From: a virus
Taxonomy: Duplodnaviria > Caudoviricetes
Length of the DNA stretch: 56,417 nucleotides
Virus record (IMG/VR): IMGVR_UViG_3300028586_000760
Span: 1 to 56,417 of that record
Strand: one strand, 5' to 3'
Part shown: piece by piece, positions 54,510 through 56,417 of the stretch
How positions within the stretch are numbered: the first letter of the stretch is position 1
Layout of the letters: each line of letters begins with the position of its first letter
Notes under the pieces: generated by a model
What the model saw: the letters and a program-made list of their open reading frames with translations, nothing else
Databases searched by the model: none
Told to the model about the DNA's origin: nothing
Position numbers and translations under genes: made by a program

Positions 54510-55015
54510 GCCGCGTGCGGCTGGCGGTGGCCGGCCTGTCCCTGAGCGCCGCGGCCTTCGTCGGCATCCTGGCGCGCGAGGGCTACACCGAGACCGCCGT
54601 GATCCCGACGAAGAACGACCGGCCTACGGTCGGCTTCGGGTCGACCTTCCGCGAGGACGGCGCCGCCGTGCAACTGGGCGACCGGATCACGCCGGTGCGT
54701 GCGGTCCAGCGCGCGGCCGCGCACGTGAGCCGCGAGGAAGCCGCCTTCCGGGCATCGCTGCCGGGCGTCGAGCTGACGCCAGTCGAGTACGACGTCTATG
54801 TGGACTGGGTCTACCAGTACGGTACCGGCGCTTGGGCAAAGTCGAGCATGCGGCGCCACTTGGTGGCCGGCGACTACCGCGCCGCCTGCGACGCGCTGCT
54901 GCTCTACAAGTTCTCGGGCGGCTACGACTGCTCGGCGCCGGGCAACCGGACGTGCCCGGGCGTATGGGGCCGCCAGCTGGCGCGCCACGAGAAATGCATG
55001 GGGGAGCAAGGATGA
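54506..55015 (+). CDS. GH24 lysozyme endolysin, probable SAR type
   Basis: Hydrophobic N-terminus then EG...D.PT.GFGST; YQYGTGA; ACDALL. Confidence 0.9.
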   Translation: MSRVRLAVAGLSLSAAAFVGILAREGYTETAVIPTKNDRPTVGFGSTFREDGAAVQLGDRITPVRAVQRAAAHVSREEAAFRASLPGVELTPVEYDVYVDWVYQYGTGAWAKSSMRRHLVAGDYRAACDALLLYKFSGGYDCSAPGNRTCPGVWGRQLARHEKCMGEQG

Positions 55016-55320
55016 AGCGTGTGAGTTCGAAACTGTGGATGGGCGAGACCGGCTACACGCTGTTCTTCTGCCCGGGCTGCGAGCGGCCGCACGCCGTCGG
55101 CGTGAAAGGCCCCGGTGCCTGGGGCTACAACGACAACCCTGATCGACCCACCTTCACGCCATCCGTTGGCGTCAACCTGGATCGCTGGGCGCCGGACCTG
55201 CCGCGCTGTCATTCATTCGTGACTGACGGCCGCATCCAGTTCCTCGCGGACAGCGACCACGCTCTGGCTGGCCAGACCGTCGACCTGCCCGACTGGCCTG
55301 AGCGCTGGAGCGTCACATGA
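55012..55320 (+). CDS. DUF6527-like Cys/His protein inside lysis cassette
   Basis: FCPGC...H, PTFTPSV, CHSFVTDGRIQF. Confidence 0.7.
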   Translation: MKRVSSKLWMGETGYTLFFCPGCERPHAVGVKGPGAWGYNDNPDRPTFTPSVGVNLDRWAPDLPRCHSFVTDGRIQFLADSDHALAGQTVDLPDWPERWSVT

Positions 55321-55853
55321 TCTCGCGCCCGATCGTCTACGTCCTGCTGGCCGCCGCGCTGGTCGCCGGCGCCGCCCAGTACCGCGCGCACGTCTTCGGG
55401 CTGGGCGTCGCGCAGGAGTCGGCCCGGCGCGACGGCATCGACGCCGACCGCGACCGGCAGGCCCGTGCCGCGCTGGCAGATGCGAACGCGCGCGTGCTCA
55501 ACGCCCAAGCCAACCTCGACGGCGCCATGGCCAGCCTGTCGAAACTTCAATCGGAGCTATCTCATGAAAAAGCCAATTCTGCGGCTCTGCAGTCTGATCT
55601 CGCTGCTGGCCGCCGCCGGCTGTCAGTCGCCATCGTTGGCGCCGGCGCCTGCCGTGCTGCTGCGGCCGAACCAGGTGAGGGTGCCGTCGCTGCCGGACTG
55701 GATCAGGGAAGCGGTCGAGCAACCGTCGATCTCGACGGCCGAGCTGCAGCAGATCTTGAATGGATGCGGCAGACCCGGGACGAAGCCATCACCGGGCTGC
55801 GAGCCTGCGTCGCCGCCTACGATGCCGTGAGGGCTGCGGTCGATGCCAAGTAG
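55317..55853 (+). CDS. Rz: i-spanin
   Basis: N-terminal TM, coiled coil, AAGRRRLSV. Confidence 0.85.
   Translation: MISRPIVYVLLAAALVAGAAQYRAHVFGLGVAQESARRDGIDADRDRQARAALADANARVLNAQANLDGAMASLSKLQSELSHEKANSAALQSDLAAGRRRLSVAIVGAGACRAAAAEPGEGAVAAGLDQGSGRATVDLDGRAAADLEWMRQTRDEAITGLRACVAAYDAVRAAVDAK
55564..55830 (+). CDS. Rz1: o-spanin embedded in Rz
   Basis: +1-frame lipoprotein with LLAAAGC lipobox, Pro-rich; GGAG RBS. Confidence 0.8.
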   Translation: MKKPILRLCSLISLLAAAGCQSPSLAPAPAVLLRPNQVRVPSLPDWIREAVEQPSISTAELQQILNGCGRPGTKPSPGCEPASPPTMP

Positions 55854-56014
55854 GAGCGCCGCTCCTTAGGCAATGCAAGCACTCGGGCCGCAACCTCAAG
55901 CGGCACACCGTCGGCAGCCAGCATACAGGCCACTTCCATCCAGCCGAAGCGAGGAATCAGCTTCAAGGCCTCATCGATTCGCCTGGCAGTGATAATGTCG
56001 GTTCGTTTTTCCAT
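55817..56014 (-). CDS. Hypothetical protein
   Basis: 65-aa ORF divergent from the SOS-boxed gene. Confidence 0.5.
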   Translation of the reverse strand: MEKRTDIITARRIDEALKLIPRFGWMEVACMLAADGVPLEVAARVLALPKERRSYLASTAALTAS

Positions 56015-56068
56015 GGAAAGATCTTACCGATGGGTTAAATCAAACTCTTGACGTGGCGCAGGCTGATA

Positions 56069-56088
56069 TACTGTGTTTTTGTACAGTA
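56069..56088 (+). promoter_or_regulatory. LexA (SOS) box overlapping a TATACT -10
   Basis: TACTGT-GTTTTTGT-ACAGTA, matching CTGT-N8-ACAG. Confidence 0.85.
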
Positions 56089-56099
56089 TTTTCCAAATC

Positions 56100-56417
56100 A
56101 TGTTCGTGCGCGTAGCTCAGCTATTCGAGTGTGGCCGGCCGCTGCCCCGGCATCGCTCCATCACGTCCCAGCCCGTCCATGTCGGCAAGTTCAGCCTGTA
56201 CGAGCAACATGACCAGGCATTCCGTCGGACCGTCGTCTATGCCACCTTGTCTGAAGCCGCCACCGGCTCGCACGTGCTCCCGCGGCTGCATGATGCCGTA
56301 GTGCGCTGGGCCGGCGACGGGTGCATGACCGTCAGCGGCTTCGAGCAGGATGGGCTGACCCAGGAGTGCAGGGCGCAGTCCTGGTATGTTCAGCTGATCA
56401 CCGACGACAATTCATGA
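56100..56417 (+). CDS. SOS-regulated hypothetical protein
   Basis: ATG just after the LexA box; LPRLHDA...GFEQ...QSW. Confidence 0.65.
   Translation: MFVRVAQLFECGRPLPRHRSITSQPVHVGKFSLYEQHDQAFRRTVVYATLSEAATGSHVLPRLHDAVVRWAGDGCMTVSGFEQDGLTQECRAQSWYVQLITDDNS

Larger units (their letters stand above)
1..56417. mobile_element. Temperate lambdoid/HK97-like siphovirus prophage, near complete
   Basis: Canonical order: integrase, early-left operon, cI/cro, early-right operon, Q, HNH-terminase-portal-protease-capsid, neck, tail, lysis. Confidence 0.97.

Noticed and set aside
1-56417. Diversity-generating retroelement, retron or fibre invertase system
   Set aside because: No reverse transcriptase or second recombinase ORF; no TR/VR pair or inverted crossover sites seen

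Overview
The window is one near-complete temperate siphovirus-type prophage of high GC. The host is probably a betaproteobacterium (Oxalobacteraceae-like; inferred from gene content). It runs from the integrase stop codon to a LexA-boxed gene past the lysis cassette, and the att sites are not visible. Layout: int/xis and a leftward early operon with rdgC (1-7399); PL with operators; a ~500-bp structured non-coding tract; leftward lysogenic-conversion genes (8308-11042); a catalytically dead S24 gene plus cI/cro (11058-12473); a long rightward early operon (HD hydrolase, PAPS-reductase-like, Ref, Rha/ANT, lambda-O C-terminal-domain protein, DUF1064); an antisense TIR moron; Q; pR' followed by tRNA-like RNAs and tRNA-Gly; HNH/terminase/HK97-type head with a frameshifted S49 protease; a beta-helix fibre module between capsid and neck genes; tail; and lysis. 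The most unusual items are: (1) a repressor-controlled non-coding tract that could be an RNA-primed origin, in a phage lacking a full-length initiator and helicase loader; (2) a pseudo-peptidase copy of the CI C-terminal domain coupled to cI; (3) two paralogous coiled-coil/TM modules in the immunity region; (4) an array of tRNA-like RNAs, one with a D-loop/T-loop kissing helix. All family calls come from motif recognition by eye; no database search was run.
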